From positions 1-64,000 of the forward strand of contig KZ538044.1 of the NCBI GenBank assembly GCA_000934665.2: DNA of 64,000 nt. The letters are read 5' to 3'. Positions 30,595 through 43,300 of this stretch are shown here, one piece after another. The notes beneath the pieces were generated by a model. It saw only the letters and a list, made by a program, of their open reading frames with translations, was not told where the DNA came from and searched no databases. Within the stretch, counting starts at the first letter, position 1, and every line of letters starts with the position of its first letter. The DNA comes from Catajapyx aquilonaris. Taxonomy: Eukaryota. The position numbers and the translations under genes are program-made.

Positions 30595-33500
30595 AAGAGG
30601 AAGAGGAGGTTGATCCTCCAAATTCTCCATAGAAGACGATGCTGAAGAAAAACGCGGCTCCTTTCAAGCTCGCCGCAAAAGGAACTTGAACCATCCACCT
30701 TTTAACTCCCCCACAAAATGCTGCGAATGGAAGTTAATTTGCATAGCGTTTCCCTCCTCAAAGCCATGTTTTTCTTGGCAAAACACTCCCGATAATGATA
30801 TGCCTCTTCTCCCCCCCCCCTCTTTTTTTATACCCACCAGATAGGAGCCCCGGAGGCGGAATCACCAAAGAGAAGACCAAAGAAATCTCGTGATTTATAC
30901 GCTTACACAGTTTGGGGTCCGGGATTTCCAGCAGGAAATCGCATTAGGACGGCAGTACCAGACTTAATCACGGTTGGCACAACTCAAAAAGACCAGGCTC
31001 AAGTCTCAAATCTTTAGCCAATAATACGATAGATCCTAATACTGCAAACTTTTCAAATCATGGGATCGAATTTTTTCGAAAATTCGACCCATGGTTACTA
31101 ATTCATTTGAGACCGCAGATAATTTTTTGAAAATGATTCAAGTGTAATGGGATAGTTGCATAAAACAAGTCTTGGCTCCAGTTCACATGAGCTGTCCAAT
31201 CCGTATCCGGAGAATTATCACTCTTTTATAGCCGGGCTTCTCTGGCACTCCCCGGATTCCCTCCCGCCATTTGTTTGCGGTTTAAACCCGGATTCGGCTC
31301 CTCTTTTACAGCGTCATGCATGTCCGACCGTATTTCGCGTCCGAGCTGCTACTTGCCTGGATTTCAGGATTCCAATTCTGGGTTGGGCCAGCACAGATAT
31401 GTACCAAAAAATGACCTGGTTTTTAACATGAAATGTGTAAACACCGCGGGGTGATTTTTAAACATTTCAGAGGGTGGCTAATTGGAACATTGTATGTTAA
31501 TGAGACGGGGCTTGTACCTGTACTGACGATTGGATCGTGAAATTGTTCATAAGTAGCGCGTAATGTGTGCAGGGTCCAATCAGTGTTGGAGTTCAAAAAG
31601 GTCAAAATTCAATTGTGATTAGAACTTTTCATGAATGTATTTTCTACATGTAAACCTTTAGAAATTATTTGTTCCACTATTCCGAGAGTACGTACACTAT
31701 TCATACAGACATAGAGCAGTACCTACTGTACAGTACCTGCAGCCACTTTCGCAGTTGAAAAAAAAGTCTATTTTCTAACAGAAAAAAACTACTATTTCCA
31801 CAACGAACAAATCGGAGAAAAAGCACTCTTTGAGTATAAGGTAAACTCGTTTGAAGCGTGTATGACGTACTGTGCTGTACTAACGCGATGCAGTGCTCAT
31901 TCAAAGGCACACACAAAAAAGTTTAACAACACTGTATTTGCTACGATATAAAGCTGCTGCGCTACATTGCGTTGATGGAATCAGGACTGCCAATACTGTT
32001 ACCGTGAATCCAGTAATTTCATTAGCTTTGCCTGTTTGTCACGAAATGATTATGGACTCTGTAATGGACAAGTTTTTTCCCCGTATATGTAGAGGTGGAT
32101 TTGTGGTATCGCATCGTCACGTATGCACAAGGCTTCAATGATGGCATAGTTAAGTGGGAATGTTCGATGAGGAATAATTTTGATATATTCTTTGTATAGT
32201 ACAAGTTAAAGACTTTATATAGATTAGTTGCTTCAGTCGAGATAAAAACTCCACATTTAAACATAATTCCTCTGAGATAACCTGTCCATCAGAAGGGAAA
32301 TTAAAGTACTGTGTTAGGACGATAATGCCTGAGAGTGAGAGTCTTGCGCCATGTACACGACACGTTTGACACGAACGATTATACACCTGGACACACAATA
32401 CTGTCACCATGGACCAGCAATGTCACTCTGTCCGTTCAACTGAGCTGTCCATTTAACGGTACAGCAGGGACGAGACTCTCCGTGGAGTGACGGCCGACAC
32501 TGAGCCAGACTTAGCCTACCCCGTGTAATGTATAATGGAAGATACTCGTGTACCTCTGAAAAACTCGGCCAACCTGCCCGAGTTAGTTGAGTCATATCGT
32601 GCATCGGGTGCGTGCTTCTGCTGCAAGTGATGGGTGTGGGCTCGAGATAGGCCACATGCATAAATAAATAATGTCCGCATATGCGTATCGTACCGTGATA
32701 CTGTCCAGTCTGTCACTCCGAGTGAATTTGTCTGCCTCAGTATTGAGAAATAATAAAATGGGGGGCGAGGGTCCATGAATCTAGCCCTAGAAATAATAAT
32801 GACCAAAGAAAGGGACCATTACAATGTATTATCGGTTCCAAAACGTTTTTGAACCGATTTTACAGTGACGAGTAAAATGAGTAAGAAATATGCGACGTAG
32901 AAAACTAGCCTAATCTAAAATTGCTTCAACTAAAACCAGTTAACAACTTACTGGCACTAAAGCCGAAAATCTGGGCCATACATACCCGTACAATGTTCAC
33001 GTTACAGACCTAATGCACGGTAGTAGTCCCTAGTCGCCATGAAAAAACCTGCCCGTGCTTGACCTACATTGTCTTTTTTTAATTAGCCATTTTAAAGCCC
33101 AAAGGCTCCAGCATCTCTTGATTTTCCAACTCCTTTGAGTAACCCTACTGAGTAACATCCTAAGCACACAGGCTGTTAGTAACTGAATCCATATTTATCT
33201 ACATCAGGAAGTATAGTCCCGAGCAATCCCAACTGTGGGCTGGTCCTGACCCACATTATATTTGCTCCCAGTTTTACATAGAACCATATTGATCCCACAA
33301 AGTTGGTCGCATTTTGTCCCTCGTATGTTGTGGTCCCGCCATTTATTTTCTCGGGTGATGCTGCTAGGGGATGGATGCCATAGCTCCAGGCAGAATCCGG
33401 TATACTGTAGGTCTTCATTAGGTGGTGAGAGATGGAAATCCTTCCATCTGTGTGCCCCCGGGTCCAGGAATCCGGGTGGGCTCGATTCACCATCCATCGA

Positions 33501-36500
33501 TCGTTCTTTCCCAACAGAATCCGGGCCCAGCTCCTTATCGGGCCCGTTTAAAGTCTCCATTAGTCCTCCCGGAGCATCTTATCTCACGACCAAACCACTT
33601 TTGCTTGGCCTTCCAAAGCCATCCATAACGCAGGTTTTTGGGGAGGTCCAACCCCTCAGGAAAGAAGAGTATCTGGAATTTGCTGGGGGGTGAAGTGTCC
33701 GGAATAAGCAAGTTTATTCGGACGAAGCCTAATTCCAATCCAGGAGATGTCGATGGTGTAGAAATAGAATCAGAAAATCAGAAGAAAATATTTTGGTAGA
33801 GTGATTGGATAGCACTTGGTGCTGCCATCTGAGTCACTTGCAGGGAGTGCTTTTCTGGATTGCCATAGTAAGAGTATGAAATATGGCGTCGGAAAGCACT
33901 TTTTCCCCAGGAGGAGGAGCATTGTAATTCAAATGAGCATTTTTGGGGGGAGCAGTTTTTTAAAGTACTGGTACTGGTGCACCCTCGGGGGTAAGCCTGT
34001 CAAAAATAATAAAATAGCAGCGACAGAGAGGGAAGGGAGAGTTATGTTGGTGCCTGGAGATGATTTCACTCAAAAAATATGGAATGTGTAGGCCTATATA
34101 CTATGTTTGCATAATTAAGCTGTTGCGCATACCTCCTGGGCTAGGAGTTATTTGATGACATCGGATCACTCACCTAACTAGGTAAGGTATATTAATCCTT
34201 CTTAATTCACCGCCTGTACAGGCTAAATCAACAGCGTATCAAATGGTGTACATAGACCACCTTCCTCTGCATTCAGCCGCAGCAGATTGTTTCACCTAGG
34301 GAATAATGTACGTTATAATTACCAGTGAAAGGCAAGACTGCAATGAATTACATAGAGTAACAAAAATAATTTAGTGACGCTCATGATTGCAGCAAGAAAC
34401 ATTAATGCGAAATAATGTAAAATGCACAATTTAAAGTTACTCCTTGTGAAATTTTCAAACCTCTATGGCTGTAAAGTTCTCTGTATGGTCTGTAAAGTTA
34501 CTGGATGTTAAAGAGAAGGGTGTTTAAAGTTCCTCTAATCCTCCCTCCAGGAAAAATTCCCCGTATCAAGAGGACATGTGCAATTAAGTAGCCTACTAAA
34601 ATATTCCGTCATTATTCATTGCGGCATATTTTCAGTGTAATGAGGATATACCTTGGGATATACTGTACCTATAGTTAGACTAGAGCAATTACGGTCAGTT
34701 TAGATTTGACAAGCCTTTTTCAAAAATGTTTGTGTCACAACTAGACTGGTTATAAACACTTACGTAAACACTGCTTTTTCTGAGTCACGTCGCATTTAGT
34801 TACTGCAAGTGCCGGCACATACTGGTATATTTTCAGAGCTTTAGGTTCCAACAATATGTGACTCGCAGCTAACAGTTTTCTACTCCCCAAGCCAATGCAT
34901 TTTATGCAGCTATTCATAACATTTCTAAACCTATAATGCTTCGTGCTTTAATTCCCATGTGTACCTGTACTAGTAATTAATGCTCTAAATATTACATAAA
35001 CATCCAATTATCGCATCTGCGAGCATCATCCTGTTCACAATTCGCCATGGTGTCAGGATACTATACTCTCATAATGCCCCGATCCCCCCAAATGTTGAAG
35101 TGTCCCTTTTTGAAAATTAATGGAAGCAGTGTATAAACTTTTGCGGATACTCAGGACTACATGGCAATAGCCTTCCGGGCTTTTCTGCTGTACCTCCACG
35201 TGCTCGTGGGGTTTGGAGTGCACCGCACCGTATAATTATGTGAACCAAGTGTGTGAAGGCCAAAAGCTTAAAACCACGTTCATACAGTGTAGGCCATATT
35301 ACACTACTATTCAGTTTAACATGATACCTTTTCATAAACCGGTACCAGCGTTAGACCGCTTGCATACTCCTTTCAAACGTTAGAAATTCATATGCTCCTA
35401 GTCATTTATGTTCTGAAGGAACTCCTCCATATTCATTCCTACAACCGATCTCACGGCTCCGAATGGCCAAGTTTGAGTCTTGGAAGCGTAAGGTGGAAAA
35501 AAAAGAGTGTGTTTGGATTTACGTGTCAAATAAGAGGGAGACTCGTGGTTGACATTCCCAAAACTATGTTTGTCCCGTCCACACTCTTGAGTGCTTGCGG
35601 GAACCTGTGGGAAGGAAAAGAAGCCCACCCTGAACTGACCTCGCTGTCCCCACAAAGGTGTTGACAACTCTCGACACTCCGATCAAATGTGCTCCCCAGT
35701 CCGACCACCAGCTCATTCAAACTTCAAGGGGAATTGGGTTTCCCAAACTTGCAGCTCGACTCGAGATTCAACCTCAGAGGCTTCCAGTTTGCACAGTGCT
35801 GGCCTGGGCCGTTACCCCTACCCAAAAGTTGATGGCCACTCAGGATGCAGCACACCAGCAAACGCTTGCCCACATTGTCTGTTGTGGTATTAAACTTGGG
35901 ATTCTCATGGGAAATACACGGATATCGGGAAGCACAAAGGATACCCGTTGTATCATCTCAAGTGAAGAAAATCTCCTATTATGCAGGACTCTGTGCTTTA
36001 AATACACGCACATAATCAGGCAGAATCGCTAATTTGCTTAGACACAACAGGGTCTTAATTATATACTGTACTTGCATTTGTACTTGGAATGGCCTGCCAG
36101 TTTAACAAAAATTACATACGCCCATCATGGATTCAGATGCAAAATGTCAACCCAATTGTATGCATACAATGGCTTGAAACATAGGACAAAAACCCTTTCA
36201 GAAAAAACTACTGCAATGCATATGAGCTAAAAATGTGGGCGTTGACTCTACTCGTTAGGCCTAAGTACAGTACAATTCCGTCGGCCATTTTTATCATATG
36301 CACTGAGTTCTTGACAGTTGACATTCAACGATTGATGCGGAGACAAGTAGACTGTTAACAGCACAACACGCAGCGAGAATGAATACGTCGACAGCACAAT
36401 TAAGCGCCTATAAATTCTGCATGATGAATAACAAAGGCTCTTTGACCGGACCCCTCTTTTTTAACGTGTCATGCGTTTTACATTTGCCGATTTAAACGTC

Positions 36501-37839
36501 GATATTTCCACTGACGCTTCATGAGACAAGATCCTATCCAACAAAAGGCCAGGGGGGGACCCAAATGCCACACGCCAAAAAGATTGCGAGCTGCTACGTG
36601 ACCAGCTTGACCTCACGACAAAATGGCAAATGCTGACGGCCATACTTTGGCCGCAACCCAGCAACGCTCCAGAATATTACCATAAAACTTATCTAACAAC
36701 TTCCGAAACAGGCCTATCTTCACCGAGTTTGGTCCTCCTCTAAAACCGTTACCTTTGTCCGAACTTTCCCCCTAAGCAGGAAAGCCACTTGAAATCCTTG
36801 GTCATGTTAACCTTTGTCTCACGTCATTGACTCTGGCTGACCCCAAATTGGCCGGATAATGGGCCCTTCCTGAGAATATAACCCCTTCCTTTCCTCAAGT
36901 GATCCGGATTCCTGTAGGAGAGAAGCTCGTTCCCCCCTTCCAATTAAACTACTAATGGATAATTGGGTCGAATCCTGAAGGAGCGGCTTCCAAATTAGTA
37001 TCCTCGGGTCAATTGGGATTACTGCCTTCCTCACGAAACCAAGCCGCCGCCATATCTGTATTCAAACCATCCAACTAGCATTCCACACAAATAATAATAG
37101 TTGCGCTCATCCTATGTAAGAGAAGCTTACTGTTCAAAATCTAAGCAGAAAATGTGGAACTACTTTCTTCATCCCCCAGGCGGAAGGATATTTTTAAACG
37201 GTTCGAAAGTTCCCTGAGAGGTCGCGCTGGGTCCAATGATTAAGTGAAACCTTGCAAATTGGAAACCTTGATTAATTAGTAAAATGGTGGCAATACATGC
37301 AGTTTCTTTTGTGCGAAAATTTCACACTCGCGAGTAAGTAGGGCAGCTTCATGACCCTGCAAAAAAAGCGACTTTCATTCTAGACACATTTTGAGTGATA
37401 GCAGGTGTGACCCAGGCCGCACACGGGCCACCTGAACTATGATTGATTGTGGTTGGGCAATTTCATTCCAGAGTTGTCAAGCGAAGTGTGTGAGCACTTT
37501 GGCCCTCGCCGAATTATCCGCGATAACCCCCGAGTCATTCTATCAAGCCAGGCACAATAGAGTCAGCTAGCAATTAATGGAACCGCGGCCCGCAATAGCA
37601 CAAAAAGGACAACATGAATGGGGATATTATTCCGCTCCTATCGGGTTCAACATTGCACGTTTTCCATAGGTCGAAACGGAGGGTGGACCCGGATAGTAAT
37701 ATCCGTTTCATCCTGACATAGGATGCAACCCGCTTTACGCTAATTGTACTCATTACGGGAAATGGCATTTACAACTGGTCTTACACAGTAGGAATTAAAC
37801 CCATAATTTTGGGATAACAGTTCGAGCTCATGCCAAGTA

Positions 37840-38145
37840 CAGGGTGTTTCATAAATAAATGAGGAGGGGTTAGAAACTTGGATGAGGGATGAAGCTGATT
37901 ATACACTCTGCTATAGATAAGGGTGTGTTTTATCCTTAGCCTCCAACCTCGGAAGCCTGGGTGTTGCACAGCTTTGGTGAAAAGATAAACCTCACCCTTA
38001 TCTTATTGACGTGAGTAATCGATCCTGCAGATCCGCACAATATTTCAAACCATGTTGAAAGCCTTACTGTTCACCATCAATACAGGGTGATTCAGTGAAT
38101 CCATCCCAACAGTTTTGCAGGGAGTATGAATCTTGCTTGCCTCAA
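37840..38145. mobile_element. Two relic Tc1/mariner-type left ends (TA|CAGGGTG) at 37840 and 38083
   Basis: Same terminal motif as the MITE at 1131. No clear partner TIR was found. Confidence 0.3.
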
Positions 38146-40365
38146 GAGCTTCTCCACTCCATTGTGGGAGTATTCACTTGGGAAAAGTTCCAATCCGCAC
38201 ATGCTACAGATTTGGATATATTCTCTGAACCAGCTGGTACTATTAGAATAACATTATCACTGTTAACATCATTAATTGCAGGTAATTATAGTGCTGAAAC
38301 TACAACGATCCTCGTACGTCGCTTTTCAAATCGGAATTAGTGCAATTAGTGGCTGTTTAGTTACTCTAGAGCAGTATTTCGACACTATGCGATATTTGCA
38401 AATGCAAAATGTGAAATCGGCCAAGTAGTTCTGCACACAAACTCTGTGCACGGTATAGTCAATTCAATCCCCGAACCATAACAGCTGTTGTGAACCTCCG
38501 AACCGCCGTGTTTGTTATGTCACGCGTCCTAGTTAACACTAATCCGGTACCGGTACATATATCTACAACTGCATTCGGGTTACGACTATCCTCCTTGGAA
38601 CTAAAGTGCGAGATCCTGAGATTGTCTGGGTTTCAAACGAGTCATTTAGAAGGTCGTTTCCAGTGGCACCGTATTCCTTTTATTACCCAATCTTGCCTTT
38701 AACATAAACACTGCACTAAAGTGTGGACTGCAGCCGCACCTTCCCAACTTTAATCTTACTTAGCGTCATTATACATTAACATAATAATCATTGGAGCGCG
38801 TCAGGAACAAAAATGGAGAACAATCTGCTGCTGCGCAGTTTGCAAGTTGGTTACAAACTGCATGTGCTGTCGTCTACACCATGAATTTCATGAGGAAACT
38901 TGGTAAAAAATAGTTTCAAGGAGATGCGACGTAACATACAATATGGCATTAAAATGAAGTTGGCTTCTCCAAATCAGGGGAAAAGTGTTGGTTCAAAATG
39001 TTGCTGCAACATTATTACCTCACTTAATCCGGTAATTCCAATACCACATGTACGAGTACTATAGTTTCCACTCTACAAAAGAAGGTAGCGTAGTCGTAAC
39101 TATTATGTGAGTCATCTAGAGCGTAATTATGCAGAACAAATGTTGTGATAGCGAATGCTATCAATGCCGAATGAAAAATATCTAACAGATAGTGTTCTTC
39201 GCAAGTAGCTGTTTCGCTTTGACATCCAATGTACACAAATTAAGTGAGTTCATGGAGAAAGTAATTGATTTCCATGCAAATGTTTCGATTATAATCATAT
39301 CCACGGTAGGTTTACTTTCGGGTTGATGTGGGCCGCTGAACCATTTTTACTTTGATGATGTAATTTCACCTGGTTTATACGAGGGCATTGCAATATCTGC
39401 GTAGGAAACAATATTGGCTCTCGGAATATATAATTTAATTTAATTTATGTATGGCCTTAACCCACTCTCGTTATGCATGATCGTCATATCCTCTGAAGCC
39501 ATTTTTCATCTCAGCATGGCAAACTAATTCGTGAGTCTCTGATCAGCTTGAAAAAAAAAATCGATGTTCATTTATGAGAGCAAGGAAGGGACGTCCCCCT
39601 TTTCCCAAGTGTGCTGGATTTGCATAATACTTACCACCTAATTTTTTATGGCAGAAAAATGTAAATAACTATTTGGTGAGATAGTGATTTGAGGGTGAGT
39701 CACTCAGCCACCAGACAAACAAAGTTACCTTATATGGAACCTAAGTCATAATGAATAATCTACCACCATCACCCATGCCTTTTCCTTGTGAATAGACATT
39801 CTTCCTTAACTTTCCAAGCCGGAAAATTGGCTGACTAACGAGAGTCGATCACTTGACTGTGATGGTGGAGGTGAAGCAAGTGCAAAACAAAACATTTCTG
39901 CTGGAGACGCTTTCCACCAAGTTTTTTTTGCATGTATAGTATTTTTTATTTCTCACCAAGGCGGGAAAATCATGGGCGGGGAAAGTGATTGATCACTTCC
40001 AACCAATTTGCCAAAAGACCTATTTCGATAATCTCCCTCCGCCCTTTTTGGCCCAACGGCCCCTCCCATCATTTACAGGCGCCACGGCAATTTATCCCTG
40101 GTCTCCACTTGCTAATCTTCATTCGCTAAGCATGCTAATTACAGATAAGTTTCTGAGTCACCCATGAGTTTTTTTTCCCCCTGGAGCGCCTTTAATGCAA
40201 TTCATTTTTTAATGTAAGTAACTGCGAGATAACATTATGTTGTCGGACTGCATTCAGTATGGTGTGATTAGCATCTCTCGAAGGCGAACAATATCACATC
40301 ATCAATAATGTCATTAAGATAATCTCAACATGTCAACGTTGCTATAATTTTCTTTAAAAATCGAC

Positions 40366-40392
40366 AGCGTCGCCTAGCGCCATCTAGCAGCC
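40366..40392. promoter_or_regulatory. CTCF-like binding motif (possible insulator)
   Basis: GCGCCATCTAGCAG (40377-40390) is close to the CTCF consensus GCGCC(A/C)(T/C)CTAG(T/C)GG. It is overlapped upstream by a weaker copy, GCGTCGCCTAGCGC. Confidence 0.4.
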
Positions 40393-43300
40393 TCTGAACC
40401 ATGTCCGGAATAAATCTGCGCTCACAGTCCAGATGAAACATTCTTACAATCATTCGACATGCCGAAATTCATTGGTGCAAATAACGGACATTTTTGTGAG
40501 ATTTTTCAGAGCGTGGATAACGTGAGTGCAATGCAGGATAATCCTAAGCTGTTTCGGCGTCAGGACGTGCAAATTGGCTGTGCACGCATTAGCTGACCCA
40601 TCAGCGGTCATAACCGATGCCCCGATTGGCCACAAACAGGACGACAGGAAAGGTCGCTTATACCACACGACATTTGCATTTGCCGCTACCATCACCTCAC
40701 ATACATCCCAATCGATGATTGGATGCTCTTCCTCTTTTTTTGGGTAGATATAGCTGCGTTTTTTTTTTCTAACCTCTTTGCTGCTGGGATTTTAACCGCC
40801 GAGGGAAATAACATCTAGAGTGGCTTATAAATTTCGATCCAAGTTCACTTGACGGCTTATTGAGTGTTCCCTGACCTAACACGAGGCAGTCTATCAGGCC
40901 CTGTCACGTAAGGTGCGAAAAGTTCGGATGAGTTTTCCACTATTGGCAGTCTATTGCCAGGACACTCCCCAACTTGGTTATTGCTTACACTAATGGAAAT
41001 CGAGCAGGAACTTATAACTATATTCATTAGCCCGGGTTTTCCTTCATCATTACATGTAATATTAAGGTAGATTGAGGGCGAAGGAAGTTGAGTAAATTAC
41101 ATTTTGCGGTTGCACCTGCAAAGTCAAACTAAGCACGTCAGTACTGAACTTTAAGTTTTGCATTACTGTATACCAACACAGAACAGGATTTAAGGCCGCT
41201 TTATGGAGTTCGGTTCTGTTCGGAACTTTACTCACCCCTAACTAGTGAGAAACTCCCAATTTTACACTATAGTTAGTTTATAAATAAATTCCTGCAAAAT
41301 ATATATGGAAGACCTTGCTCATACGCTTAGTATGGCTAACGGGTGTTGTACCATGAATATTAACAACGTGTGCCTATTAATTATGTCAGCGATTTCCTTC
41401 AAGCATCAAACATCACGTCCCTTGAGGCGACTGCCCAGTTACGAACGGTATAAAACAATTATCCTGTCGTGCAGACGTACAAAACCGCGTCCTCAAATAA
41501 CGTCCTCATATCTCCGAATGTCGTCAATAAACGTCTGGTTGGCGAGGTTAGTGACATGTCGCAATATGCCGCAATGGGACAAAGTAAGTCATTTTCCGCC
41601 ACACAGCAGAGGCGAAAACGAGTACAGTATATACGGCGCAATTATTTCCAGGGCTGTAATCCATAGAATTATGACCAATATAGAATACGGAGTGGGCCGT
41701 TAGTTGGGTTTTAATGGCGCTGGCGGGTCCCTGGTCGCTCAAGATGGCTCCATAAAGAACCAGCAAGGCCTGTTATTGCCCTGGCGCTATGAGGAAAAAC
41801 GCTTCTAATTGCTGGAATAAACCGGTGCAGGTTTCGGATAAGACGCATGAGACTAAAACTGATTCTATAAAATTTACCCTTATATTTCCAGATGTGGCAA
41901 GATCTGGATGTGCAGGGCGCTAAGCTGTAATCTGGTAAGTTGGGTCCACATCACCGTGTTAGTTTGAGCGTGTACATAAACCCTCGCCTGTGAAGCACAT
42001 CGCTTTGAAGCCGACTCATTTGCAAAAGCGCGCGGTGGACAAGAGTGCGGCAAAAGTAGAGCATCTTTTTCCGGTTTTAATTTGGCCCAGGAAGTGGAGT
42101 GTATGGGCGTCATTTTGGGGAAGCCCAAGTGCATGGGCGTCGTTATATGAAGGGAAAAAGAGAGGAGGTGCATTTGCAAAATTAAACTCCTGCTGCCTGT
42201 TCTCCGGCGTTGGATAAGGGAATTTTTGCCAAATATCTGCGGGGCCGTTTGTAATTAACCTTTTTTTTCAGTGGGCTATACATGGGGCGACGACTATAGA
42301 GTCTATAACTATGATAGCGGTTGGACCACGCAACAAGGCGTTTATGAAGTAATATTTACGAAATAATTGCGGTTTCACTTCACGAATATATTGCAATATA
42401 GTCCTAATTTGTAATTTGTGTAGGGCCGTTGTCGTTAACATGGATTAAATCTGACTCGGTATTAAGACTAAGTGCATGTACCGTGGTAAACCTCGTGGGA
42501 GCTACAGTACTTTTGGCGCCACTTTATATCCGCAGCAAAGGCAAGCAAGTAGCCTACAGTCACCATGCCTGAAGTTAGTTCAAACTATCCCAAAAGTTCA
42601 GACCGAATTCCATCCCGCCAGGATTAGCGTCTCCTCGGAAAGCTGACCGTACAAGATGTACTGTGCGCAACCTTGCGGTCTGTGGCATGGCAGAGGTTAA
42701 GCGAGCGAACTTGGCAGTCAAGTAAACAAGGGCTGCTTGTGATGGGTACTCTGCAGAGAGTGAGAAAATTGATGCAATTGCATGCATTTTGGGTGTGTCT
42801 CTACCACCAATAAACGTGTCTAATGTTGCGTGCTGAGGTCATATCCTAATCATACCAGGTGATATTTCCGACGCAAAATTTTTGTACAGTGCGTTTTGTG
42901 ACATGTAAGTTTAATTATATGTAACTTGACTCAAACTCAGACTGCTCTAAAAATTCATACCAAATATGCGTGAACAATACCTAAACTTAGAAAAATATTT
43001 TAGCTCAGCCGTTGAAGTGGTGTTGTGTGGTGAATAAGTCCATTCATCCTTTTAACCAAGTCCAAATATTTACAGTGACAGTTTATACAATTCGGCAATG
43101 CTTGCTTATGTTCGCGTCAGTAAAATTTGGAAATTTAATTTCAAATAAATTTATTGACGTCCTTATTGCGTATATGGCTTTGTATTATGACTCAATATAA
43201 CAATAGCATAAACATTCCATAAAATCAACCAGAGCTCATTAGGTGATGGTCGGGTAGCCACTTTGGAGCTCAATCTCGATTAGTTATACTCCAAGCATAT

